Shown here one piece after another: positions 7,499-16,689 of a DNA stretch of 42,067 nucleotides. Source of the stretch: Acidobacteriota bacterium (GTDB lineage Bacteria > Acidobacteriota > UBA6911 > JACQSX01); contig DASXQR010000032.1 in NCBI GenBank assembly GCA_036507075.1, forward strand, positions 1-42,067. The letters run 5' to 3'. The notes under the pieces were generated by a model. The model saw only the letters and a list, made by a program, of their open reading frames with translations. It did not search any database and was not told the DNA's origin. Position numbers and translations under genes: made by a program. Positions within the stretch are counted from its first letter, which is position 1. Each line of letters opens with the position of its first letter.

Positions 7499-8991
7499 TT
7501 CGTCTACTACTCGGCTTCTCGCTAACTTCCTGTTTGTGTGCTGTTGTTGTGTTTGCGCAAGACCAGACACTCGCGCAAAAGTCTCAGCGCGCCAGGGAGG
7601 CCATGGAACAGGGACGGTTCTCCGAAGCGGTGCAACTCTACTCGCAATTGGTACGCGAGGTTCCCGGAGAACCGCGGATGATCATGAACCTGGCGCTGGC
7701 GCTACACTCAGCGGGAGATTACGAAAGAGCCACGCGCCAACTACGAACCGTGACTCAAATGGACCCGCGTTCCGGCGCTGCCTGGTTTTTCCTTGGTCTG
7801 GACTCCCTCAAGCTTGGGCGCACAAGTGCCGCGGTCGACGCGCTCGTTAAGGCCGTTGATCTCGATCCGGTAAACAAAATGGCGCTGGCAGAACTTGGAG
7901 GCGCGCTTCTGCTCGTGGATCGCGCGAAAGAGGCAGCAGAGTATTTTCAGCGATTGGCGGCTCTGGACGCGAGTGATCCGAAGGCGTGGCAGGGATTGGG
8001 CCTGAGTTACGCGGCGCTGTCGCAAAACGCGTTTGCGGTGCTCGACAAAATCGCGGCCGAATCCGCTTACGTGTTCGAACTGTTGGGTCACTCGCGTCTG
8101 AACGAGCGCAAATATCGCAGCGCATTTTATTTTTTTCGCAGAGCGCTTGAGCGCAATTCGCAGCTTCGCGGCGTCCATAGCGCCCTGGCCGAAATTTATC
8201 AGGCGACGGATCACCCGGCCTGGGCTGAATTGGAACGTGAGCGCGAGCGACGTCTTCAACCTGTCGATTGCGCAGCCGAACCATTGGCTTGCGCGTTCGA
8301 ACAACGTCAGTTCGACAAAATAGTGAATCAGACGCGCGGAGCTGCAACAGCCGAGGCGCTTTACTGGCAGGCGAGAGCGTACACGGAATTGTCAGCCGAA
8401 GCATTCGGCAGGCTCGCGATGCTTCCCCCATCTGTTGAAATCCACGAGCTGCTGGCAAAGGCCTATCGAATTCAGAATCTGCATGATCGTTCTGTTGCAG
8501 AATGGCAGGAGGCCTTAAAGTTCGCGCCCGCCGACACGCGTCTGCAGAAGGAGTTGGCAACATCTTACTTCCTCAATCAGGACTATGCGTCGGCTCATCC
8601 GCTGCTCGAACGCCTGCTTCATCTTGAATCGCGATCAGGCGAATTGAATCTGCTCATGGGTGAGACGCTGCTTTCGATGCAGCGACCATCCGACGCGCTG
8701 AAGCACCTGGAAGCGGCAGAGCGACTCTCGGTCGATCAGTCACGGGCTCATGCGGCACTCGGGCGCGTGTACATGGCGCTGGATTTGCCTGACAAGGCGA
8801 TCGCGCAGCTCAAACAGGTGGCTGCGAACGATCGGGATGGAACGCTGCATTACCAGCTCGCAAAGGCTTATAGCGCGACGGGGAAGACTGCGCTCGCGGC
8901 TGAAGAACTCAAACTCTATCAACGCCTCGCAGCCTCGGCAGCCGAGCGACATGCAAAGTTGAACGAGGAGTACCAGATTACAGCACCGTGA
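7495..8991 (+). CDS. Secreted tetratricopeptide-repeat protein
   Basis: Signal peptide; repeated helical TPR units (AWFFLG, AWQGLG, AHAALG, LHYQLA); ATGA overlap with upstream gene. Confidence 0.88.
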   Translation: MIRLLLGFSLTSCLCAVVVFAQDQTLAQKSQRAREAMEQGRFSEAVQLYSQLVREVPGEPRMIMNLALALHSAGDYERATRQLRTVTQMDPRSGAAWFFLGLDSLKLGRTSAAVDALVKAVDLDPVNKMALAELGGALLLVDRAKEAAEYFQRLAALDASDPKAWQGLGLSYAALSQNAFAVLDKIAAESAYVFELLGHSRLNERKYRSAFYFFRRALERNSQLRGVHSALAEIYQATDHPAWAELERERERRLQPVDCAAEPLACAFEQRQFDKIVNQTRGAATAEALYWQARAYTELSAEAFGRLAMLPPSVEIHELLAKAYRIQNLHDRSVAEWQEALKFAPADTRLQKELATSYFLNQDYASAHPLLERLLHLESRSGELNLLMGETLLSMQRPSDALKHLEAAERLSVDQSRAHAALGRVYMALDLPDKAIAQLKQVAANDRDGTLHYQLAKAYSATGKTALAAEELKLYQRLAASAAERHAKLNEEYQITAP

Positions 8992-9014
8992 GCGCGGAAA
9001 GCACTCCACCAAAG

Positions 9015-10046
9015 CTACGGTTCGGGCCCTGTGGATGTGGGCACCACCCTCGCACTCGACGCCCTAACCTTCAGCTCCACGGGAAGAATCTCACTCAGCG
9101 GCGGACCGGCCAGTTCATTTGACAAGCGTTGGACCAGCATCTCGGCGGCTCTGGAACCGAGTCTGTATCCCGGATTGTCGACCGCGGTGATCGCCGGCTT
9201 CATCAACTCGAACATTTCCAGATCGTCAAAACTCACCAGCGCGACGTCTTCCGGACAACGAACTCCAAGCTCGCTGATTGCCCGCAGACATCCCAGTGCC
9301 ATCAACCCGTTGGACACAAACAACGCCGTGGGAGGATTCGCGTGCTCGAGTAAGGTTCGACAATTTCTATAGCCTGAGTCCTGGCTCCAGTCGCCGACGC
9401 GCACCAGTCGTTTGTCAACTGCAATACCCCCCTCCTGCAAGGCTCGCTTGTAGCCGCGCAGCCGTCTGCGCGACATGAACATCTGCGACGGACCCGTAAT
9501 GATGCCGATCGCTCGATGATCATTCTCGATCAGGTGTCGCACCGCTTTGTAGCTCCCCTGAACATTGTCGGCCAGGACGGCATCGCCCGGAGCATCGTGA
9601 TATAGCCGGTCCAGGTACACCAGTGGAGCGCTTTCCCCGTTGTGACGGCGCAGATACTCAGGCGTGGTCGTCGGCGTGATCATCAAGACGAGACCATCAA
9701 CTCTTTTCTCGCAGAATGTATGGTAATACTCTTCTTCCCGCTGCTCGTCATAATCAGAATTTCCGACGATCAGGTTGTAACCCGCCCTCCGCAGGACGTC
9801 CTCTACGCCCCGCACTATGGTGGGAAAGAACGGATTGGTGATGGAGGGGAGGAGCATGCCGATCGTCCTGCTGCGGCGCGTGCGAAGACTGCGGGCAAGA
9901 TGATTGGGATGGTAATTCAATTCGCGCACCACCTTCATCACGCGCTGCTGCAGCTTGGGACTCACGTTGGCAGATTTATTCAGCACATGCGAAACGGTGG
10001 CGGTCGAGACGTCGGCCAGAACGGCGATCTGTTTGATCGTTAGCAT
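9015..10046 (-). CDS. LacI-family transcriptional regulator
   Basis: TIKQIAVLADVSTATVSHVLN HTH, YHPNHLARSL hinge, periplasmic-binding-like sensor domain; start at 10046 because the 10058 ATG overlaps a TATAAT box. Confidence 0.95.
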   Translation of the reverse strand: MLTIKQIAVLADVSTATVSHVLNKSANVSPKLQQRVMKVVRELNYHPNHLARSLRTRRSRTIGMLLPSITNPFFPTIVRGVEDVLRRAGYNLIVGNSDYDEQREEEYYHTFCEKRVDGLVLMITPTTTPEYLRRHNGESAPLVYLDRLYHDAPGDAVLADNVQGSYKAVRHLIENDHRAIGIITGPSQMFMSRRRLRGYKRALQEGGIAVDKRLVRVGDWSQDSGYRNCRTLLEHANPPTALFVSNGLMALGCLRAISELGVRCPEDVALVSFDDLEMFELMKPAITAVDNPGYRLGSRAAEMLVQRLSNELAGPPLSEILPVELKVRASSARVVPTSTGPEP

Positions 10047-10056
10047 TGAACGGGCC

Positions 10057-10217
10057 ATTATAGCCGCACTTCGGATTTAATCGTTTAAAACTTGCTGCAG
10101 CAGCGGCCTTTCAGAGGCCGCGCGAGTCCAGTTTCCCGTTTGAATCCAAATGTTTGGATCAAGGATATGCAGTGCAGATATAACCTATTGACAGCCGTAA
10201 AAACTTAATGCTTTAAT
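10057..10217. promoter_or_regulatory. Divergent lacI/TBDR control region with candidate LacI operators
   Basis: Minus TATAAT at 10062-10057; TTTAATCGTTTAAA (10076-10089); palindrome ATCCAAATGTTTGGAT (10144-10159); plus TTGACA (10188-10193), 18 bp, TTTAAT (10212-10217). Confidence 0.55.
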
Positions 10218-10319
10218 CGCGGCCACCAAACTAAGTAACAGGGCCATGAGCAACCAGTCGAACGATCAGCAACTGGTTACTCTGGCTCCTGATCACTGAC
10301 GACTTGAAAAGGAGGAGTC

Positions 10320-13300
10320 ATGAAGCCCTTCGCCAGCCGAGCCTTCCTGGTTCTCATTGTTGCTGTGATTCTGTACTGCAACGTCCCCGTCTTTGGACAG
10401 GCATTTACAGCGACGCTTTCCGGGGTTGTAACTGACCCGCAAGGTGCGCTCATACCGGGTGTCATGGTCAGGGTACAGAACCAGGCGACTCAGGATATGC
10501 GCTCAACGACCTCCACCGATGACGGCCGGTATGTTCTGTCGCAGTTGCTGCCAGGAACTTATGACGTCACGGCCGAGTTGCCAGGTTTCAAAACATTCAA
10601 ACAGGTAGGTTTTACGCTGCGGGCGAATCAGTCTGCTGAGTTAAATATCTCGCTTCAAATCGGCGAAGTCCGCGAGACGGTGCAGGTAACCTCCAAACCC
10701 GTGATGCTCGATACTCTGTCGGCCAACCAGTCATCCACTTTGACCGAGGACATGATCAAACAACTCCCGACAAATGTCCGCAGTCCGCTGGCGCTGGTTT
10801 TGACTCAGGCGGGAACTACTCCCGGAATTTTTGGGTTACCGAATAACTTCACGCAGGACCAGAACTACAGTTCATTCAGCCTGAATGGTGGACGTTCCAT
10901 GAGCACCCTAATCCTGCTGGACGGCGCGCCGGCCACGGCAGCCGACTGGGGCGGTCTGATCGTCTCTCCATCGATTGACTCGATACAGGAGATGCAGATC
11001 GCGCGCAATTCCTACGAGGCGCAGTTCAGCAAATCAGGTGGCGGCATCGTGAGCCTGGTGTCGAAAGGCGGCTCAAACAACTTTCACGGCACGGCTTTTG
11101 AATTCTTTCGCTCGGAGAATCTAGACGCGACGAGCTGGGGCAACAACCGTAACGTTGTTTGTCCGCCCAGCCTCACTCCGCATCAGTGCGACAAGCGTAA
11201 GAAGGGCGAACTAAAACGTCACCAAGTTGGCGGCAACCTCGGCGGGCCCATCTGGAGGAGCAGACATTTGTACTTCTTCGGATCCTACGAAGGGCTGCGA
11301 CAAACCACCCCGTCAAGCAGCGGCCTCAGGACCGTCCCCACGGATCTGGAACGGCAGGGGGATTTCTCGCAAACGTTCAATCCAAACGGAAGTCTTGCTG
11401 TTATTTTCAATCCGTTCACCACCCGATCGGATCCGAACAATCCTGGCCAATTCATTCGCGATGCGTTTCCTGGAAACAAGATTCCCGCGAACCTGATCGA
11501 TCCAGTCGCGGCGCGTGTGATGAGCCTTTATCCCAAGCCAAACCGGCCTGGTGATGCTGTGACCAATGCGAATAATTACTTTCAGGTCGGCTCCGGTTTC
11601 GCCACTACAGACAAAATCGACACGCGGATCGACTGGGCCAAGAGTGAAAAATTCAGCATGTTCGGACGCTTTTCAGGGCGTGTAAGGCAGAAAGATGGTC
11701 CGCCTCACTTTTACGGAAACGGCGCCGACATCGAAAAGGCGAATAACAATCCAGGGTGGCACATTTCACTCGACAATACATTCGCGCCGAACCCGACCTG
11801 GGTCATCAGCGTGCTGGTCGGGGCGAGCCGCTGGGTGGAGGAGCAGATCTCCGCAAGTACCGGTATATTACAGCCGTCCAGTGTCGGCCTTAGCGACGCG
11901 CAGTACCAGGCGCCGCTGCTGCCTCGTTTTCAGGCGAGCGGCTACGCGACTCTGGGAGATACATTCTCAAATAAGGTAAGAAAGTTTCCGCGCTATACCC
12001 ACACGCTGCAGGTCAATACAAGTAAAGAACTGAGTCATCACAGCCTGAAGTTCGGGTTCTGGGGCGAAGTTGGAATGGTAAACAACGTCGATCGCTTCAG
12101 CGGCTCGTTCGATTTTGGCCGCGGTTTCACTGCCGGTCCGATTGCGTCTACATCGAGCAGTACCAGCGGCAACTCACTGGCATCGATGCTGCTCGGGACC
12201 ATGTCATCTGCACGATCGCCGTTCCAGGCCGACATTGCAGGATCGATGCATTACTACGCCGGGTACGCGCAGGACACGTGGCGAGTGAATCGCCGCCTGA
12301 CCCTTACGCTCGGTTTGCGCTATGAGATCCAGCCTGCGATGACGGAAAGATTCAACCGGTTGTCTTTCTTTAATCCAACAATCGATAACCCGCTTGGCCA
12401 GCGCGTCGGGCTGCCGCTGAAAGGCGGATTTCAATTTGCAGACGCCGATCACCGGGGCGCGTGGAAAACGGACAAGAACGACTGGGCGCCGAGACTGGGG
12501 CTCGCTTACAAGCTCAACGACCGCCTGGTGGTGCGCGCCGGATATGGAATCTTCTATGTGCCCGCGTCCTCTCTGATCACATTCGATCATGACGGCCAGC
12601 ACCTCGGTTTTTCTACATCGACAGACGCCGTTGTCAGCGTGGGCGGTGCCGGTCTGGTGCCGCTTGCCTTGCTGCGCGATCCATTTCCGCAGGGCCTGAA
12701 TCAGCCGACAGGCAAGGCGGCGGGTCTGCTGACCGCAGTGGGACAGTTTCCGTTCCAGATCTGGCCGGCCGGTCAACACCCGACCGGCTATAAGCAGAAC
12801 TTCAGCCTTGATTTCCAGTACGAACTGACGCCGGGAAACATCGTCGAGGTTGGGTATACGGGCTTCCGGGCGCGCAAACTCGTGTACGGAAACCCGAGTC
12901 TCGATATCAACCAGTTGCCGACGAATCTTTTAAGTCTCGGCGATGCCTTGAATGAGCAAGTGCCGAATCCGTTCTTCGGCGTCATTACTTCAGGTGTTCT
13001 GTCTGGACGCACCGTGGCGAGACAGCGGCTGCTGCGTCCTTTTCCGCAATTCGGCGCGCTGACACTGACGCGATCATTTCCGGGAGCACAGAATAATTTT
13101 GACGCGTTCAGTGCACGCTACACGCGGCAGTTCAGCGGCGGGCTGATGATTATTTCCGGCTATCAGTGGTCCAAAAATCTTGACGATGCTTCTGAAGACC
13201 AGGGCTGGGGAGTTTCTCCGAGCAATCAATGGCGCGACTTCTACAACCGTCATGCTGACTACTCGATCAGTTCGCACGACGTTCCGCACAGCTTCGTCAC

Positions 13301-13898
13301 CTCGCTGGTTTACGATCTGCCGGTTGGCCGTGGACGAAAATTCGGATCCACCATGCCACGTGCTGTAGAGCATGTAGTTGGAGGATGGCAATTATCATCC
13401 ATTGTGCGGGTCACCAGCGGCACGCCCGTGTCGCCGAATGCCAACAACCGAAATGGCGACTATGGCTTCCAGCGCGGATATCCAAACCTGGTAGACTCCA
13501 AATTACTCAAGCTGGACAACCGCACGCCGGAACGCTGGTTTAACAGTTGTTCGCTGCTTCTGGATTCTTCGGGCAAGCCAACCGTACGATCCAACTGTGC
13601 CAGCGCCAGTGAACCGGTGGCCTGGATTGAAGCTCCACGGTATACCATCGGAAACGCACCGCGTTACCTTAACAGGTTGCGGCGCGATTATTACCGCAAC
13701 GTCGACCTCACATTGGCGAAGAATTTCAGCATAACGGAGACGACAAAACTGCAGGTCAGAGGTGACATCTTCAATCTCACGAACACACCGCTGTTCGGTT
13801 CGGTGAATAATTCTGTGGGCTCGTCAGGTTTTGGTCAGAATCTCGGGACGTTTAACCTGCCGCGCCAGATCCAGTTGGGGTTGAAGTTGAATTTCTGA
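10320..13898 (+). CDS. TonB-dependent receptor, Oar-like, with N-terminal carboxypeptidase-regulatory-like domain
   Basis: AGGAGG RBS; LSGVVTDPQGALIPG; plug domain SLNGGR..LLDG; YAQDTWRV..LTLTLGLRY; C-terminal PRQIQLGLKLNF. Confidence 0.95.
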   Translation: MKPFASRAFLVLIVAVILYCNVPVFGQAFTATLSGVVTDPQGALIPGVMVRVQNQATQDMRSTTSTDDGRYVLSQLLPGTYDVTAELPGFKTFKQVGFTLRANQSAELNISLQIGEVRETVQVTSKPVMLDTLSANQSSTLTEDMIKQLPTNVRSPLALVLTQAGTTPGIFGLPNNFTQDQNYSSFSLNGGRSMSTLILLDGAPATAADWGGLIVSPSIDSIQEMQIARNSYEAQFSKSGGGIVSLVSKGGSNNFHGTAFEFFRSENLDATSWGNNRNVVCPPSLTPHQCDKRKKGELKRHQVGGNLGGPIWRSRHLYFFGSYEGLRQTTPSSSGLRTVPTDLERQGDFSQTFNPNGSLAVIFNPFTTRSDPNNPGQFIRDAFPGNKIPANLIDPVAARVMSLYPKPNRPGDAVTNANNYFQVGSGFATTDKIDTRIDWAKSEKFSMFGRFSGRVRQKDGPPHFYGNGADIEKANNNPGWHISLDNTFAPNPTWVISVLVGASRWVEEQISASTGILQPSSVGLSDAQYQAPLLPRFQASGYATLGDTFSNKVRKFPRYTHTLQVNTSKELSHHSLKFGFWGEVGMVNNVDRFSGSFDFGRGFTAGPIASTSSSTSGNSLASMLLGTMSSARSPFQADIAGSMHYYAGYAQDTWRVNRRLTLTLGLRYEIQPAMTERFNRLSFFNPTIDNPLGQRVGLPLKGGFQFADADHRGAWKTDKNDWAPRLGLAYKLNDRLVVRAGYGIFYVPASSLITFDHDGQHLGFSTSTDAVVSVGGAGLVPLALLRDPFPQGLNQPTGKAAGLLTAVGQFPFQIWPAGQHPTGYKQNFSLDFQYELTPGNIVEVGYTGFRARKLVYGNPSLDINQLPTNLLSLGDALNEQVPNPFFGVITSGVLSGRTVARQRLLRPFPQFGALTLTRSFPGAQNNFDAFSARYTRQFSGGLMIISGYQWSKNLDDASEDQGWGVSPSNQWRDFYNRHADYSISSHDVPHSFVTSLVYDLPVGRGRKFGSTMPRAVEHVVGGWQLSSIVRVTSGTPVSPNANNRNGDYGFQRGYPNLVDSKLLKLDNRTPERWFNSCSLLLDSSGKPTVRSNCASASEPVAWIEAPRYTIGNAPRYLNRLRRDYYRNVDLTLAKNFSITETTKLQVRGDIFNLTNTPLFGSVNNSVGSSGFGQNLGTFNLPRQIQLGLKLNF

Positions 13899-13906
13899 GT
13901 GCGAGC

Positions 13907-14091
13907 GTATAACACCCAATGTTGTGTGTAGCACCCAATCTTGGGTATAGCACCCACAGAACCCGACGCGTAAGCGAGGGCGCACCAATCATACTCGGCG
14001 CACACCGTCGGGTCCGACACTGGTTGGCGCGCCCTCGCTTACGCGTCGGGTTCTGTGGGTGCAATATCCAACACTGGGTGCTACACACAAC
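13907..14091. repeat. Large inverted-repeat (REPIN/MITE-like) element, 63-bp arms
   Basis: 13921-13983 vs reverse complement of 14029-14091, 4 mismatches; core aacccgacgcgtaagcgaggg; the left side has a 19-bp-period tandem (gtataacacccaatgttgt / gtgtagcacccaatcttgg / gtatagcaccca). Confidence 0.9.
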
Positions 14092-14131
14092 CGGGCGCTG
14101 CCCGCTACGGACAACTGACAACTGACCTAAC

Positions 14132-14677
14132 ATGCAGAATCTGTTGACGCTCTCCCGGCGTCGGTTTTTTTTGCTGCTCAGTGCTATCGGAATTATCGGT
14201 CCGGCGAAGGCGCTTGGCGTCGCTGCAGCCGTCACTGCTCCTCCGGCCGCAGGTTTCCGAATCCTCGGTCAGTCGGAAGTGGCATTGCTCGAATTGATTG
14301 TTGAGCAGATCATCCCGGCTGACGCTGACCCCGGCGCACGCGACACCCGTGTGGTGCACTACATCGACAGAGTCCTGGCAGGCGAGCAGAATGAGAAGCG
14401 GAAACCCTATGCGGCGGGACTCACGTCTCTGGAGGCAAGCAGCGTCGCGCGCTTTGGCCGGAAGTTTCGCGACGTGAGCTTCGATCAGCAAACGACGCTG
14501 CTCAGAGACATCGAGCAAGGCAAAGTCAACGCGACAGACTGGACCGCGATCGCGGCTCCGCAATTTTTCAATATGGTATGGCGCCATACGATCGAAGGCT
14601 TCTATGGGTCACCCATTCACGGCGGCAATAAAGCTCACGCCAGTTGGAAGATGATCGGGTATCCGACTGAGCACTAA
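14132..14677 (+). CDS. Gluconate 2-dehydrogenase subunit 3 family protein (Tat small subunit)
   Basis: SRRRFF Tat motif; QIIPAD.DPGA...VVHYIDR; TIEGFYGSPIHGGN..HASWKMIGYP. Confidence 0.9.
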   Translation: MQNLLTLSRRRFFLLLSAIGIIGPAKALGVAAAVTAPPAAGFRILGQSEVALLELIVEQIIPADADPGARDTRVVHYIDRVLAGEQNEKRKPYAAGLTSLEASSVARFGRKFRDVSFDQQTTLLRDIEQGKVNATDWTAIAAPQFFNMVWRHTIEGFYGSPIHGGNKAHASWKMIGYPTEH

Positions 14678-14940
14678 AAGTTCCGAGTTCCGGGTTCCGA
14701 GTTCCGGGTTCTGGGTTCCGCGTTCTGAGTTTCCGAGTTCCGCGTTCCGTGTTTTTTTGTGCTCGAGGTGAAACGTTCTCGCGGTAAAGGCGACGGAATT
14801 TGGACTAACAGCAATCGTACGGCAGAACCCAGAACTTGGAACCCAGAACCCGGAACCCGGACCTTGGAACCCGGAATTCGGAACCCGGAACAACGGACAA
14901 CTGACAACTGACAACCGACTACAACCGACAACTGACAAAT
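14678..14940. repeat. Inverted heptamer arrays (GTTCCGR vs GGAACCC/AGAACCC) followed by an ACAACTG array
   Basis: About 10 GTTCCGR-like units at 14680-14750, about 9 inverse units at 14824-14890; ggacaactgacaactgac at 14896-14913, also at 14109-14126. Confidence 0.9.
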
Positions 14941-14942
14941 TC

Positions 14943-16649
14943 ATGAAGCTTCGCAAAGTTAATGTTGTGATCGTCGGCTCCGGGGCCGGCGGCGCTGTGG
15001 TCGCTAAAGAATTGAGCACCGCTGGACTTTCAGTAGTCCTCCTGGAGCGCGGACGACGTTACAGAATGTCTGAAGCTCATCATGACGTGCTCCGCAGCCA
15101 ATACGATAACACCGGATCTCTCGGTTACGGGCCCGCTATTAAGCCCAATCCCCGCACCTTCAGACTCGATCCTTCACAGAAAGCACAGATTCGCTATCCG
15201 AATCAGGGAGGCTACGGCCGGACGGCGGCTACCGTCGGCGGCGGCACGACGGCATACGGCTGCATGGCATGGCGTTTTGTCGAAAAAGATTTTCGGATGA
15301 AAACGCACTATGGAGTGCCGCCCGGCTCGACCCTCACCGACTGGCCGATCTCGTATTCTGACCTGGAGCCCTATTACACGAAAGCGGAGTGGGAGATCGG
15401 CATCTCCGGTGAGGCGGGTGCCAATCCCTTTGATCCTCCGCGCAGCAAGCCGTATCCGCTTCCGGCGCTGCCGCCGGATCGTCCTGCCGAAGTGTTCATG
15501 CGCGGCGCGACCGAACTGAACCTCCACCCGTTCCCGCTGCCGCTGGCGATTATCACCGAAGATTATGACGGCCGCAAAGCCTGCATTCGGTGTCTGCATT
15601 GCGAACGCTTTCAGTGCGAAGTGAATGCCAAGTCATCGATGCACGCGACTCTGATTCCGAAAGCGCTTGCGACCAGAAATTGTGAACTGCGCGAGCGCTG
15701 CATGGCTCGCGAGATTGCGGTCGACAGCCGCGGCCGCGCCTCGGGCGTGATTTACTACGGTCCTGATAAACGGGCGTTCGAGCAGCCCGCAGACCTCGTC
15801 GTCGTCTCGTGTAATGCGTCTGAAAGTCCGCGCCTGCTGCTCAATTCAAAATCAAAGTTGTTTCCCGCCGGTCTCGCCAACCGCCATGATCAGGTGGGCC
15901 GGCATGTACTGGATCACACCGGCGGCGTTACTCTGACAGGCTTTTTTGAAGAAGAGATTTTTGAGCCAATCGGGCCTGCTTTCACTGCCGGACTGGCCGA
16001 TTACGTTCATCGGAACGGCGCCGTTCTTGGCGGCGGAGTGATCACGACGCTGGCAGAATATCGTTCGCCGGTGCATTTCGCGCAGTGGGCCGTTCAGACT
16101 TCCGACGGGCGCCGCTGGGGTAAAGAAGCGAAGAATTTCGTGCGGAGAAATTTCAGCCGGTGCCTTGCGCTTTACTCACCAGGTCAGGGCATGCCCACTG
16201 AGAACAACCGCGTCGATCTTGATCCTGAAGTACGCGATGCGTGGGGAATTCCGGTTGTGCGTCTCACGCATCAGGTGCATCCGATGGATGTGCGTTCATC
16301 GCACTTCCTGCGCAATCGCATGATTGAAATCCTGCGTGCCGCCGGCGCCCTCGAAGAATTGCTGCCAAAGCCACTGAATGAAGAGCAAATCGAAAAAGCG
16401 GCAAAGGAGGCGCGCCATGGCGGCATTGGCGAGCATCAAGTGGGCGGATGTCGGATGGGCGACGATCCACGCGAGTCGGTTCTTAATCGGAATTGCCAGT
16501 CTCACGACGTGGATAATCTTTTTGTGGTCGATGGAAGCTGCTTCCCCACAATCGGAGGGTTTAACCCCTCTCTGACAATCCAGGCGAACGCATACCGTGT
16601 CAGTGACTACATCAAGCGTGAATGGCGCGGCGGCGCCCTCAGGTCGTAA
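14943..16649 (+). CDS. GMC-family FAD oxidoreductase (large subunit)
   Basis: VVIVGSGAGG FAD-binding motif; VGGGT; Cys cluster CIRCLHCERFQC; HQVGGCRMG; NPSLTIQA. Confidence 0.93.
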   Translation: MKLRKVNVVIVGSGAGGAVVAKELSTAGLSVVLLERGRRYRMSEAHHDVLRSQYDNTGSLGYGPAIKPNPRTFRLDPSQKAQIRYPNQGGYGRTAATVGGGTTAYGCMAWRFVEKDFRMKTHYGVPPGSTLTDWPISYSDLEPYYTKAEWEIGISGEAGANPFDPPRSKPYPLPALPPDRPAEVFMRGATELNLHPFPLPLAIITEDYDGRKACIRCLHCERFQCEVNAKSSMHATLIPKALATRNCELRERCMAREIAVDSRGRASGVIYYGPDKRAFEQPADLVVVSCNASESPRLLLNSKSKLFPAGLANRHDQVGRHVLDHTGGVTLTGFFEEEIFEPIGPAFTAGLADYVHRNGAVLGGGVITTLAEYRSPVHFAQWAVQTSDGRRWGKEAKNFVRRNFSRCLALYSPGQGMPTENNRVDLDPEVRDAWGIPVVRLTHQVHPMDVRSSHFLRNRMIEILRAAGALEELLPKPLNEEQIEKAAKEARHGGIGEHQVGGCRMGDDPRESVLNRNCQSHDVDNLFVVDGSCFPTIGGFNPSLTIQANAYRVSDYIKREWRGGALRS

Positions 16650-16689
16650 CTCCGGCGTCTCCGTGTCCTCTCTTTTTTCCGCTTCATCC

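Noticed and set aside
13907..14091. CRISPR array
   Set aside because: Units are contiguous or inverted without unique spacers; no cas genes. The same applies to the 6/7/9-bp arrays.
14609..15019. Minus-strand ORFs with periodic sequence (also 35740-36159, 539-925, 2033-2589)
   Set aside because: Artefacts of translating tandem repeats.
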